From: Cenarchaeum sp.
Lineage (GTDB): Archaea > Thermoproteota > Nitrososphaeria > Nitrososphaerales > Nitrosopumilaceae
DNA: 64,000 bases
Direction of reading: 5' to 3'
Assembly: GCA_965206845.1 (NCBI GenBank)
Contig: OZ242221.1
Coordinates: 576,001-640,000, forward strand
Shown: positions 48,553 to 58,251 of the stretch, piece by piece
How the letters are laid out: the number at the start of each line of letters is the position of its first letter
Position numbering within the stretch: position 1 is the stretch's first letter
Made by a program: the position numbers and the translations under genes
Notes under the pieces: generated by a model
Seen by the model: the letters and a program-made list of their open reading frames with translations, nothing else
Database searches by the model: none
What the model was told of the DNA's origin: nothing

Positions 48553-49703
48553 TCTATCTTGACAATGCGGCATCCACCGTGACATCAGACGAGGTCATAT
48601 CGGAGATGCTTCCGTACCTTGGCTCCCACTACGGCAACCCCTCGTCGCTGCACCGGTACGGTCGGCGGTCAGAGAGGGCGCTGCGGCAGGGACGGCTCCA
48701 GATAGCGGGGATTGTCAACGCATCCCCCGCCGAGATCCTCATCACGTCCGGGGCGACCGAGTCCAACAATACAGCGATAAGCGGAGCTGCCGCGCTGCAT
48801 CCAGGGGGCCACATAATCACATCTGCCATCGAGCATGACGCGGTACTTGAGCCGTGTGCGCGCCTCGAGTCTGCAGGGTTCTCCGTGTCGTACGTTCCCG
48901 TAGGAGGTGACGGGATTATAGACCCCGACGATGTGCAGCGGGCAGTTACCGACAGGACGTTTCTGGCATCTGTCATGCTTGCAAACAACGAGGTGGGAAC
49001 CGTTCAGCCCATATCCGAGATATCCCGCATCTGCAGGGAGCACGGCATCCTGCTGCACACCGACGCGGTGCAGGCGGTGGGAAAAATTTCAGTCGACGTC
49101 AACAGACTGGGCGTCGACATGCTCTCCATGTCCTCCCACAAGATCAACGGTCCCAAGGGAGTCGGAGCCCTGTACATAAGGAGTGGGGTTCGCATCATGC
49201 CGATGATCCTTGGAGGCGGCCAGGAGGGCGGAATGCGCTCAGGCACGGAGAACGTGGCTGGCGTGGTGGGGTTTGGAAAGGCGTGCCAGATGGCGCGCGA
49301 CGACGCCCGCCGCCTGCACATGATGCAGCTTCGCGACCTTCTTGTGGAGATGGTGCTAAAGGAGATACCCTACACGACATACAACGGGAACCGGAACCAA
49401 AGGATACCGGACAATGCCCACTTTACGTTTCTTGGCGTAAGCGGGGAGGATCTGATCATAAAGCTGGACGAGGAGGGGATCGCAGCATCCACCGGCTCTG
49501 CCTGCTCGATCAGAACGCAGAAGGAGTCGCATGTGCTCCGGGCCATGGGACTTGATCACGAACACATAACAGGCTCGCTGAGGCTTACGGTGGGGGTGCA
49601 CAATACCCGCCAGGAGATGGTGCAGGCGGCAGGGGCGCTCAAAAAAGTCGTGGCTCAGCTGCGCGCCGTATCCCCGTTCAAGGAAAAGTACAGGTTTGGT
49701 TAA
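48549..49703 (+). CDS. iscS: Cysteine desulfurase (IscS/NifS group I)
   Basis: IYLDNAAST, GNPSS, HTDAVQ, SSHKINGPKG, STGSACS. Confidence 0.93.
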   Translation: MIYLDNAASTVTSDEVISEMLPYLGSHYGNPSSLHRYGRRSERALRQGRLQIAGIVNASPAEILITSGATESNNTAISGAAALHPGGHIITSAIEHDAVLEPCARLESAGFSVSYVPVGGDGIIDPDDVQRAVTDRTFLASVMLANNEVGTVQPISEISRICREHGILLHTDAVQAVGKISVDVNRLGVDMLSMSSHKINGPKGVGALYIRSGVRIMPMILGGGQEGGMRSGTENVAGVVGFGKACQMARDDARRLHMMQLRDLLVEMVLKEIPYTTYNGNRNQRIPDNAHFTFLGVSGEDLIIKLDEEGIAASTGSACSIRTQKESHVLRAMGLDHEHITGSLRLTVGVHNTRQEMVQAAGALKKVVAQLRAVSPFKEKYRFG

Positions 49704-49721
49704 GTACTGCCGGCGCTCTGG

Positions 49722-50564
49722 CTAGCGGAACCCCGAGGTGCCAAACAGGCCGGGCCTCTTCATTGCAGCCACGGCGGCAAAGCCCAGCGCAAATACTATC
49801 AGCGCCACGGTGCCGAACTCAGGAACCGCCCTAGTACCTATTATCTCGATGATGGTCTCGCCCCGGATAAAGTCAAAGTCCACAGTTCTGGAGATTGTGC
49901 TGGTTCCGGTCTCCTCGTGCGGCACTTGGACATCATCTATCCTGACGATAAAGTTCTCATTGCTGCCGTTCATGTCCTTTGCGTCAATCAGGGCCACCGG
50001 AAGGTTCAGGGAGATGTTGCCGTCCGTCTCCGAGCTGATGCGCAGCACGATGCTGAGATCCTCGACTGTCATTCTCATGCTGTTCACCGTCCCGCCGGAT
50101 ATGCTGCACCTTACCTCCACCTCTCCAAGGGCACCCCCGTCAACTGTCTGCGTGCAGTCTGCGCGAATCGGATCATCTCCATTGGTCGGCAGCCTGGCTT
50201 CCGTTATGAAAAACTCCGCCTTCGCCGTCGAATCGGAATAATGGGCCACTACAGAGTACCGGCCAGGCGTGCTCCACCGATCCCCTCCGGTGTTAAATAT
50301 GTAGGCAAATGTTCCATCCTGCGCCACCGTGGACTGGCCCACATCCAGCCGGTTGTCGTTCGTGCTGAACACCTGTAGTATTATCGGGTGCTCGATTAGC
50401 GCCGCAGAGACGGTACCCGAGACCACTATGCTCTCCCCCTGGGCAAAAGACTGCTGATTTACCGTTACAGTCACCGTCTGGCTCTGCGCGTATGCAGGTA
50501 TTGTGACAACCAGTAACATCAGGCCGGCAACGGCCAAGTAGCTCCTCATAACCCTATTCAACAA
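49722..50564 (-). CDS. PEFG-CTERM sorting-domain surface protein
   Basis: Signal peptide (PAYAQ), Ig-like domain, C-terminal VPEFG + TM + basic tail. Confidence 0.9.
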   Translation of the reverse strand: MLNRVMRSYLAVAGLMLLVVTIPAYAQSQTVTVTVNQQSFAQGESIVVSGTVSAALIEHPIILQVFSTNDNRLDVGQSTVAQDGTFAYIFNTGGDRWSTPGRYSVVAHYSDSTAKAEFFITEARLPTNGDDPIRADCTQTVDGGALGEVEVRCSISGGTVNSMRMTVEDLSIVLRISSETDGNISLNLPVALIDAKDMNGSNENFIVRIDDVQVPHEETGTSTISRTVDFDFIRGETIIEIIGTRAVPEFGTVALIVFALGFAAVAAMKRPGLFGTSGFR

Positions 50565-50665
50565 CGGATTGTATATTTCCTTTACTGATGGACAAACTAA
50601 TTACAGCATACGGTTAGGAATCCATGATACACTAACGTTAAATAGCACGCCTAAATCTAAGATAC

Positions 50666-51508
50666 ATGGATATCCGTATTGCAACATTTGCTTTAAGCGC
50701 ACTCTTAATTGCAGGCATTGCATCCGCGCCAGTATTCGGACAGACTACCTCGGCAATAGCTATTATTACCGATCAGGAATCCTACACGAACGGCGACACG
50801 ATCACAGTCACAGGCAACATCAATGCGAACACAGGAGACGGACTGACCATACAGGTCATAAGCCCGACAGGTAACATAGTAGCAGTAGGCCAAGCAGACG
50901 TAGCTTCTGATGGAGCGTTTGAGACCACGATTGCCACAGGCTCCCTGTGGTCGGTACATGGAACATACACCATAAAGGTGCAGTATGGCGATACCAGATC
51001 AGGCGAGACAACCATCGAGTTTACTGCCGCTAGTCCACCCGACACAGGCGGCACAGGAGATATGGAAGTAGAGCTGACAGGCGAGTACCTCTTCACTGTA
51101 GGTGAAGACGAGGTCAGCATACGATACGATTCAGGAACCAACACCATTGTTGCAATGGCAGCTAACCTGGATTCTAAGAGCCTAGTAATCGAGGTGGACG
51201 TAGCCAATGACGGCGAGATCGTCATTGCCTTGCCCAGACATCTAATCGATGCCAAGAACGCTGACGGCACCGATGCTGCATACATCGTTCTAGTGGACGG
51301 TGAGGAGACATGGGTCACAGAGGTTGCAGGCGAGGCAGCAAGAACGCTGACCATACCGGTCAGTGCAGGAGCGCAGGAGATTGAGATCTTTGGCACATTC
51401 ATAGTTCCAGAGTTCGGCACCATTGCCATACTGATTCTGGCGGCTGCAATAGTCTCGATAATAGTGGTCTCTGGTAGGACAAGACTGTCCATCATGCCCA
51501 GATACTAG
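50666..51508 (+). CDS. PEFG-CTERM sorting-domain surface protein
   Basis: Signal peptide, Ig-like domain, IVPEFGTIA + TM + RTR. Confidence 0.92.
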   Translation: MDIRIATFALSALLIAGIASAPVFGQTTSAIAIITDQESYTNGDTITVTGNINANTGDGLTIQVISPTGNIVAVGQADVASDGAFETTIATGSLWSVHGTYTIKVQYGDTRSGETTIEFTAASPPDTGGTGDMEVELTGEYLFTVGEDEVSIRYDSGTNTIVAMAANLDSKSLVIEVDVANDGEIVIALPRHLIDAKNADGTDAAYIVLVDGEETWVTEVAGEAARTLTIPVSAGAQEIEIFGTFIVPEFGTIAILILAAAIVSIIVVSGRTRLSIMPRY

Positions 51509-51519
51509 ATGTATCGGCA

Positions 51520-51533
51520 TTTTTCATTTTTTT
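51520..51533 (+). terminator. Oligo-T terminator
   Basis: TTTTTCATTTTTTT just after the stop codon. Confidence 0.6.
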
Positions 51534-51625
51534 AACTAAGCGCAGCTGCACAACCTGAGGTCAGGCCGCGCAGGCAGTGGTGTACAAGACCGGATCTGTC
51601 ACTCGGGCACACGCCCAGAAGAGTT

Positions 51626-52144
51626 TTAGCCACTAATCCGATGCAGCAGTGCCCGAGCACCCAGGATTATGCTGTGGAGCTTGACCCAGCCCCTCTTGGT
51701 TTTCACGCTGTCGGTCCGCACGTCATACCACCGGACGAAGCTGCTGTCAGAGTATCCTGTGCTGTCCCCCGCCACCGATCCTGCAGATATCTCGCAGATG
51801 GCCCTGCGGTGCACCTCCGTCAGGTACCAGTCAGGGATGAGGCCGTAGGCGCGGGCAATGGTGCTCTTGGAGGGAATCTTGCGCAGTCCGATCTTCACGA
51901 CGGTGCCGCGGTTGTTTCGGAGATGGCCGACCATCTTGCGATAGGTCTTGCGCTCGGCCTCCATGACTATGCATACTGTGGCCATGGCCCTGGGCGGATA
52001 TGCAGTCATGCCGCCCAGGCCGGGCCTGGCAGTATACGGGTCGCCCAGGTCATTGACTATTTTCAGAATCGTGTTGAGGATTAGACCGGGCAGGTATTGC
52101 TGAATCAGGTCGTACTGTCGTTGATCGCGTTTCCTTTCAGACAC
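51626..52144 (-). pseudogene. Truncated IS5-family (DDE_Tnp_1-like) transposase
   Basis: IPSKSTIAR, GDSTG, WVKLH; ORF ends ~15 aa after KLH, so the second D and the E are missing. Confidence 0.75.
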
Positions 52145-52258
52145 TTGGCGGGCCCGCGATCCTCAGATCAATATGCCTTGCTATTGGACAAGTATATCCC
52201 TGTAGGATACAGCCTTGTGTAAGACTACGCATAAATATAACGACATCTGTGATACTGT

Positions 52259-53143
52259 ATGAGCAGACATGCCACGCGTACGGTGGTCTTTGCCATTGTT
52301 GCAACCCTAGCACTTGTCGGCGTGATTGGATCGGCATACGCAACTGGAATGAGCATCGAGGCAGATACCGAAAATGCCGATAGGATAGTTCTGGCAGGAG
52401 AGACGACGCGAACCGAGGACATCGCGATAAAGATAGAGACGCTGAACAACACACTTGTTGATATCAAGCAGGTAGTGCCCAACGAAGACGGCACATTTGA
52501 GACCACGTTTGTCATCGGGGACAGCTGGAAGAACGGCATCTACTTCATTACCGCCCAGCAGGGCGACGTGCGGCAGTCCATCTACCGGTTGAACCTGATC
52601 TTTGAGATCGCGGACGGCCAGGTAATAAATGAGATACGCCGAGAGCAATCATCCATGACAGGGCCCAGCGCCATCACCATAGAGCAGCCCATACGTGAAA
52701 ATAGCATGATGATCACGGCTAGCGCCACAAGCGGCGACGCCGAGTTTACGTTTGAGGATGACAGATACATGTCTATCGTTCCCGCAGACGGCGCATGGGA
52801 AGAGATTACCACAATCATAGTCACTGGGGAGACAACCATGTCGAATGACGTAGTGCTGACTGTAAGGCAGGAGGACGGAAACATAGTATCAGTTGCCCAA
52901 GTGTCACCGGATGAGGAAGGCATGTTCGAGACTGCATTTCATACAAACAGCGAACTGTGGAAGCAGGACGGAGCCTATACGATAACGGCAACCCAGGACG
53001 ATCTTGTAGACTTTGTGGTAGTGTATATCGCCGACGGTGCAGTGGTGCCCGAGTTCGGAGCGACCGCAGCACTGATTCTAGCAGCTGCCATCACATCCAT
53101 ACTGGTCGTATCGACCAGATTCAGACCCATGCTGTGGCGCTGA
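52259..53143 (+). CDS. PEFG-CTERM surface protein with two tandem Ig-like domains
   Basis: Signal peptide; repeated GETT..V.Q..P.E(D/E)G.FET.F..W..G.Y.ITA.Q; VPEFG + TM. Confidence 0.9.
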   Translation: MSRHATRTVVFAIVATLALVGVIGSAYATGMSIEADTENADRIVLAGETTRTEDIAIKIETLNNTLVDIKQVVPNEDGTFETTFVIGDSWKNGIYFITAQQGDVRQSIYRLNLIFEIADGQVINEIRREQSSMTGPSAITIEQPIRENSMMITASATSGDAEFTFEDDRYMSIVPADGAWEEITTIIVTGETTMSNDVVLTVRQEDGNIVSVAQVSPDEEGMFETAFHTNSELWKQDGAYTITATQDDLVDFVVVYIADGAVVPEFGATAALILAAAITSILVVSTRFRPMLWR

Positions 53144-53580
53144 TCAGGAATCCTAAATGAAGGCATGTGTCAAATGTGTGGTACAGTTGACGGTGCGGTG
53201 AGTTTAGTGGTGCCGAGTTCCTTTCGTCTCTCGCTCCGAGTGCCTCGTTGACCATATGCCTGAACGCACCAGGTGCCAGTTGCAACTCTAGGACGGGTTC
53301 ATATGGCTGTCAGATGCATCCTGCCGGCTTTTGTAGTGGGCATCCACGCCAACACGGCGGCACTACAGTACCACTGTACAGTGTCACCCATATGAGAGTC
53401 CATGCACAATAAGCCAACCCGAAGGAGACCGAACAAGCTACCCAAACCCGCATGGCGTCTATCATCAATGGGATGAATCGCAAGATCGAGTGCAAAACAG
53501 GCCCGATGTGCGATCCCGGGACGGATTGCCCCCCGTTTTTTATATATACATAAATATAGATATCGACAAACCGCAATAAG

Positions 53581-54447
53581 ATGAACACTCATACAACATA
53601 CATGCTGATCGCAGCTTTGGCAGTTGTTGGAACCATGTCCGTCTCTAACTCTTTTGCACAGAGCACAGACGACGCAATGATCGGTATGGAAGAGTCCGTT
53701 GAAACGCAGATTCCGCTCACTATGAAGACAGACACGGATCTCTACACGTACGGCTCGGACATACTGGTCACAGGCCACATAGCAAATGTAAGATCGGCTC
53801 AGACTCCGGTCACGATGTTTGTGACTAGCCCGTTGGGCAATATCGTGGAGGCAAGGCAGCTTGTTCCAAACAGTGACGGCAGCTTCGAATTTGTCATCAA
53901 GACATCTAGCAGCGCATGGAAGTACGACGGCACATATGTCATCAGGGCACAGTACGGCGCGCCTTCAACGATAAGCAAGGTACTAGTGGCACTGACCGGC
54001 GGATCTGCGTTCCCAGGAGACGGGATGACCGAAGATGAGAAGCCGGAGATATGCGGCACGGAAGGTCTGGGTGAAGGCGAAGAGCTGTGCGTTCCCTACG
54101 AGATCACAGGAGGAAGCATGACCAGCGTAAAGGCAAACACAGACGACGTCTCGCTGCAATTCGGCATTGATGCCACCGAGGACGGCCAGGTAACACTGTA
54201 TACGTCTGAGGACGACATAAGCGGAATCTTCCTTGTCTTCGTAGACGACCAAGAATGGGACGATGCAGTGGTTGACGGAAACACCGTAACGGTAACGTTC
54301 CCAGCAGGTACAGAAGAGATCGAGCTGTTTGCGGCATATGTAATTCCAGAGTTCGGCACCATCGCCGCACTGATTCTGGCGGTTGCAATAGTCTCCATAA
54401 TCGCAGTCTCTGCAAGATCACGGCTTGGACTCGTTCCAAGATACTAA
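53581..54447 (+). CDS. PEFG-CTERM sorting-domain surface protein
   Basis: Signal peptide (SFAQ), Ig-like domain, VIPEFGTIA + TM + RSR. Confidence 0.92.
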   Translation: MNTHTTYMLIAALAVVGTMSVSNSFAQSTDDAMIGMEESVETQIPLTMKTDTDLYTYGSDILVTGHIANVRSAQTPVTMFVTSPLGNIVEARQLVPNSDGSFEFVIKTSSSAWKYDGTYVIRAQYGAPSTISKVLVALTGGSAFPGDGMTEDEKPEICGTEGLGEGEELCVPYEITGGSMTSVKANTDDVSLQFGIDATEDGQVTLYTSEDDISGIFLVFVDDQEWDDAVVDGNTVTVTFPAGTEEIELFAAYVIPEFGTIAALILAVAIVSIIAVSARSRLGLVPRY

Positions 54448-54459
54448 CATCTTTCCCCC

Positions 54460-54472
54460 TTTTTTCATTTTT
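54460..54472 (+). terminator. Oligo-T terminator
   Basis: TTTTTTCATTTTT after the stop; same core as at 51520. Confidence 0.6.
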
Positions 54473-54667
54473 GAGCACCAAGCATGTCAGGGACGGCTGC
54501 CCGGCACATGATACCTGTACGACACCATGCCTGCGACAGTCGCGTCGCCGTAAGACGCCGGGTAGCCATCAGGCATCCAGCAGGGGCGCAGGCAGCATGT
54601 GCAAGCCCGATCCACATCAGGCACCACACCAAAAGAAACTATACTGTCCGTATGGCACATGTACCAT

Positions 54668-55735
54668 ATGGAGTTGGAGACAAACCCCCACGTGTCAGAG
54701 CACCGGAGGGTGGTCCACGGCGGCCTCTTCTCGGCACCGCGTCCGGGCTTTGAGGTGTTGGACTTTAGCTCCAACATAAACCCCCTTGGCCCGCCTCCGG
54801 CCTCCCTGGTTCTTGGCTCGGACGCGCTTGAGGCTTATCCGGATCCGGACTCGACGGAGCTGAGAATGAACCTGCAGCAGCATACCGGGGTATCGTACCA
54901 GAACATAGTGGCAGGCAACGGCGCCACAGAGATAATCTACAACTTTTGCCGGGCATTTGTGACAGATGGGATGCCGGTTCTGATACCGGCCCCAACCTTC
55001 GGCGAGTACGAGGCCGCATGCCGGCTGTCGGGGGCCAGCATCATACGCCACAGAACCATGGATGTGTCACGGGATATCGATGATCTCATATCCCACATAC
55101 CAGTCAGGGGTTGCGTCTTTGTGTGCAACCCAAACAACCCCACAGGCGGCATAACCACACAGGATACCATGCAGACGCTGGTAAGGCAGGCCCGCAGAAG
55201 GCAGACCATGGTCTTTGTAGACGAGTGCTTTATCGAGCTTGCTCCGGACTCTGACGAATCGCTGCTCCCAGCCAAAAGGTACGACAACCTGTTTGTCCTG
55301 CGTTCCATGACCAAGTCTTTTGCCCTGGCAGGTGCCAGGATCGGGTACGGTGTGGGAAGCCGGCAGATGATCGCAGTTCTCAGCGAGATCAAGATCCCCT
55401 GGAATGTGTCAGGACCCGCCCAGTGTGCAGCAAGCGCCGCACTGGCAGATCTGTCGTACCTGACAAGATCTAGGGACATGATAAGGAGCGAGTCCAAATT
55501 TCTGGTGGATCGCATATCAAAGATACGCGGGTTTAAGTGCCGCAGCCCGTCGGCAAACTTTATTCTGGTCAAGACAGACGGCAGATCTGATGCCGTGAGA
55601 CAGAAGCTGCTGCGCAAGGGAGTGCTGGTCCGGGACTGCAGTTCCTTTTACGGGCTGAACGGAGACTACATACGGGTAGCCGTAAGAACCAGGGACGAGA
55701 ATATCAGGCTTGTGGAGGCGATGTCTTCACTATGA
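54668..55735 (+). CDS. cobD: Threonine-phosphate decarboxylase (CobD, class I/II PLP)
   Basis: HGG, DFSSNINPLG, GNGATE, CNPNNPTG, RSMTKSFALAGARIG; first gene of the cob operon. Confidence 0.85.
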   Translation: MELETNPHVSEHRRVVHGGLFSAPRPGFEVLDFSSNINPLGPPPASLVLGSDALEAYPDPDSTELRMNLQQHTGVSYQNIVAGNGATEIIYNFCRAFVTDGMPVLIPAPTFGEYEAACRLSGASIIRHRTMDVSRDIDDLISHIPVRGCVFVCNPNNPTGGITTQDTMQTLVRQARRRQTMVFVDECFIELAPDSDESLLPAKRYDNLFVLRSMTKSFALAGARIGYGVGSRQMIAVLSEIKIPWNVSGPAQCAASAALADLSYLTRSRDMIRSESKFLVDRISKIRGFKCRSPSANFILVKTDGRSDAVRQKLLRKGVLVRDCSSFYGLNGDYIRVAVRTRDENIRLVEAMSSL

Positions 55736-56565
55736 GCACGCTGATGGTCCAGGGAACGTCCTCCGGCGCCGGCAAGACGACCATGGTGGCTGCACTGTGC
55801 AGGATCTTCGCAGACAGAGGCTACTCGGTGGCACCGTTCAAGTCACAGAACATGTCAAGGTACGCCTACACCACAGACAAGTTTGAGATTGCCGTAGCCC
55901 AGGCGGTCCAGGCAGTGGCTGCCCGGTGTGAGATCATGCCGGATCTGAACCCGATCCTCCTCAAACCGCTGGACGACTACCACAGCCAGGTGTACCTCCT
56001 GGGACGGAGCTACAAAAGGATGCATGCGGCAGACTACTACACCAAGTTTGCCCTGACAGGCGGCCTAGAGACGGCGCTCGGGTCGCTTGGGCGCCTGCAA
56101 AAAAAGCACGATCTGGTCATCATTGAGGGCGCCGGCTCCCCCGCGGAGATCAACGTGGCCGAGTGGGATATAGCAAACATGAGGATCGCTGGGCATGCCG
56201 GATCGCCTGTGCTGCTTGTAGCCGACATAGAGAGGGGAGGCTCCTTTGCAAGCATTGCAGGCACCATGCTGTTGCTGGAGGACAGGTACCGGGAGCTTGT
56301 AAAGGGGTTTATCTTCAACAAGTTCCGGGGGGACATGGAGATTCTGAAGCCGGGCTTTGAGAGGCTTGAGAGGGAGACCGGCAGGCCGGTTCTGGGTACG
56401 GTGCCCATGCTGGACGTTGCCATACCAGAAGAGGACTCAATGGGCAGCCGGCCCGGCAAGAGCATGAAGGATCTCTCCCACATAGATGCGGATCTTGACA
56501 GGCTGTCAGGTGCGGTGGAGAAGAGCTTGGACATCGGGGCGATCGAGGGGATGATATCCTGGTAA
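55732..56565 (+). CDS. cobQ: Cobyric acid synthase, short form without glutaminase domain
   Basis: QGTSSGAGKT, APFKSQNMS, NPILLKP, EGAGSPAEIN, DIERGG, NKFRGD. Confidence 0.92.
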   Translation: MSTLMVQGTSSGAGKTTMVAALCRIFADRGYSVAPFKSQNMSRYAYTTDKFEIAVAQAVQAVAARCEIMPDLNPILLKPLDDYHSQVYLLGRSYKRMHAADYYTKFALTGGLETALGSLGRLQKKHDLVIIEGAGSPAEINVAEWDIANMRIAGHAGSPVLLVADIERGGSFASIAGTMLLLEDRYRELVKGFIFNKFRGDMEILKPGFERLERETGRPVLGTVPMLDVAIPEEDSMGSRPGKSMKDLSHIDADLDRLSGAVEKSLDIGAIEGMISW

Positions 56566-56567
56566 TC

Positions 56568-57530
56568 GTGTCGGCCCTGATCATAATCTCTGCACTGGGC
56601 CTGGACTTTATCGCAGGCGATCCGGCAAACCGGTACCACCCGACTGCCTGGATGGGAAGGTTGATCGCCAGAACTGCCACATATGTAAAGACCGGCAGGG
56701 CCAGATCCGAGAGAGCCGGCGGCGTGGTCATAGTTGTGGTGTCGTGCGGCGCAGTCCTGGGTGCCCTGTCCGCAGTCTATCTGGCACTCAACCTGCTGCT
56801 TGACGGCCTTGTGGCGCTGGTGGCATCCGCAGCTGTCACAGCCGTCCTGCTCAAGACGACCATTTCGGTGCGCGGACTGGAGGCGCATGCCCGCAACATA
56901 GTTGTAGCCATCCAGGACGACGACATTGCCACTGCTAGGAGCCGGCTGTCCATGATTGTAAAGCGGGACACGGGGTCACTGGACAGGGAGCATGTCATAT
57001 CCGGCGCGATCGAATCCGTCTCGGAGAACACGGTGGATGGCGTGACCGGACCGCTCTTTTACTTTGGCGTGCTGGGGCTGCCTGGGGCCTTTGTGTACCG
57101 GGTGGTGAACACCGCAGACTCGATGGTGGGCTACAGAACCAGCATGTTTGCGAATCTTGGATGGTTTGCCGCCAACTGTGACAGGGTACTCAACTATGCG
57201 CCCGCCCGCATTACGGGCCTAGTGATGGTGCTTGCCTCTGCGATGCTGGGTATGAACTGGAGAGGCGCGTACCGCATAATGATGCGGGATGCCGGCAAGC
57301 CTGACAGCCCCAATGCAGGCTACCCCATGGCAGCAGCGGCAGGAGCGCTGGGAGTGAGGCTGGAGAAGATCGGCCACTACAGCATAGGGGACGACACAGT
57401 GGGCCTGTCCACAGACGGCATACTGCAAGCAGTCAGGCTCATGAAGATCACGTCGATCATCTTCTGCGGCGCCGTAACGGTGCCGTTGATGGCATTGCTT
57501 GCGTATCTTGTGGCGGGAGTCCATGTTTAG
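56568..57530 (+). CDS. cbiB: Adenosylcobinamide-phosphate synthase
   Basis: GDP..HP..WMG, ESVSENTVDG, NTADSMVGY, SPNAG. Confidence 0.93.
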   Translation: MSALIIISALGLDFIAGDPANRYHPTAWMGRLIARTATYVKTGRARSERAGGVVIVVVSCGAVLGALSAVYLALNLLLDGLVALVASAAVTAVLLKTTISVRGLEAHARNIVVAIQDDDIATARSRLSMIVKRDTGSLDREHVISGAIESVSENTVDGVTGPLFYFGVLGLPGAFVYRVVNTADSMVGYRTSMFANLGWFAANCDRVLNYAPARITGLVMVLASAMLGMNWRGAYRIMMRDAGKPDSPNAGYPMAAAAGALGVRLEKIGHYSIGDDTVGLSTDGILQAVRLMKITSIIFCGAVTVPLMALLAYLVAGVHV

Positions 57531-58251
57531 CGGGATCAGGTCTGTCATCTCATTTCTGACCCTGATCCCCACCGGAGGCACAAGCCTAGAGACTGCGGCC
57601 AAGCACATGTACGCGTTTCCCCTGGTGGGGATCGTGCTGGGCGCCGTGCTGGGCGCGTTTGGGTTTGGTCTCTCCGAGGCGGGCCTGGAGCCGGCGATAG
57701 CGGCGCTGCTGGTTGTGGCAGCCATCGCGATAGTCACCGGCATACACCACACCGACGGGCTGGGCGACTTTGCCGACGGCCTCATGGTCAAGGGCACCCG
57801 CGAGAGAAAGCTGTCTGCCATGAAGGATGCATCTGTCGGCTCTGCCGGCGTGTTCGCAATAGTGCTGTATGCGGCAGGAATGATACTGGCGCTGTCGCTG
57901 ACAGGCGGGTGGCACCTCTTTTTGACCATTCTGGTAGCCGAGGTGGCAGCCAAGTTCTCCATGGTGCTGATGGCGTCGCTGGGCCGCCCGGCGGCTCCCG
58001 GCACCAGCTCGCCATTCCTACAGGTAATGAAGGATTGGAGAAGGCTGGCACTTGCCGGCGCCATCACCGCAGTTCCGGTAATCCTCCTTGGAGGAGTCCC
58101 GGGCATGATTGCGCTGGGAGCAGTCATAGCAGTCACACTATTTCTGACACGGATGGCCTCACGTAGCCTTGGGGGCGTTACAGGCGACGTGCTGGGCGCC
58201 GCAAACGAGATCTCCCGGCTGACGGCAGTTCTGGTGCTTGTGTCGGCATGA
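57523..58251 (+). CDS. cobS: Cobalamin-5'-phosphate synthase
   Basis: FLTLIP, FPLVG, TGIHHTDGLGDFADG, MKD, GGVTGDVLGA. Confidence 0.94.
   Translation: MFSGIRSVISFLTLIPTGGTSLETAAKHMYAFPLVGIVLGAVLGAFGFGLSEAGLEPAIAALLVVAAIAIVTGIHHTDGLGDFADGLMVKGTRERKLSAMKDASVGSAGVFAIVLYAAGMILALSLTGGWHLFLTILVAEVAAKFSMVLMASLGRPAAPGTSSPFLQVMKDWRRLALAGAITAVPVILLGGVPGMIALGAVIAVTLFLTRMASRSLGGVTGDVLGAANEISRLTAVLVLVSA

Noticed and set aside
53299-53778. Minus-strand ORFs between and overlapping PEFG genes
   Set aside because: They overlap the AT-rich promoter and start of 53581..54447; no recognisable features
49722-54447. Diversity-generating retroelement acting on the PEFG genes
   Set aside because: No reverse transcriptase and no TR/VR pair with adenine-specific mismatches
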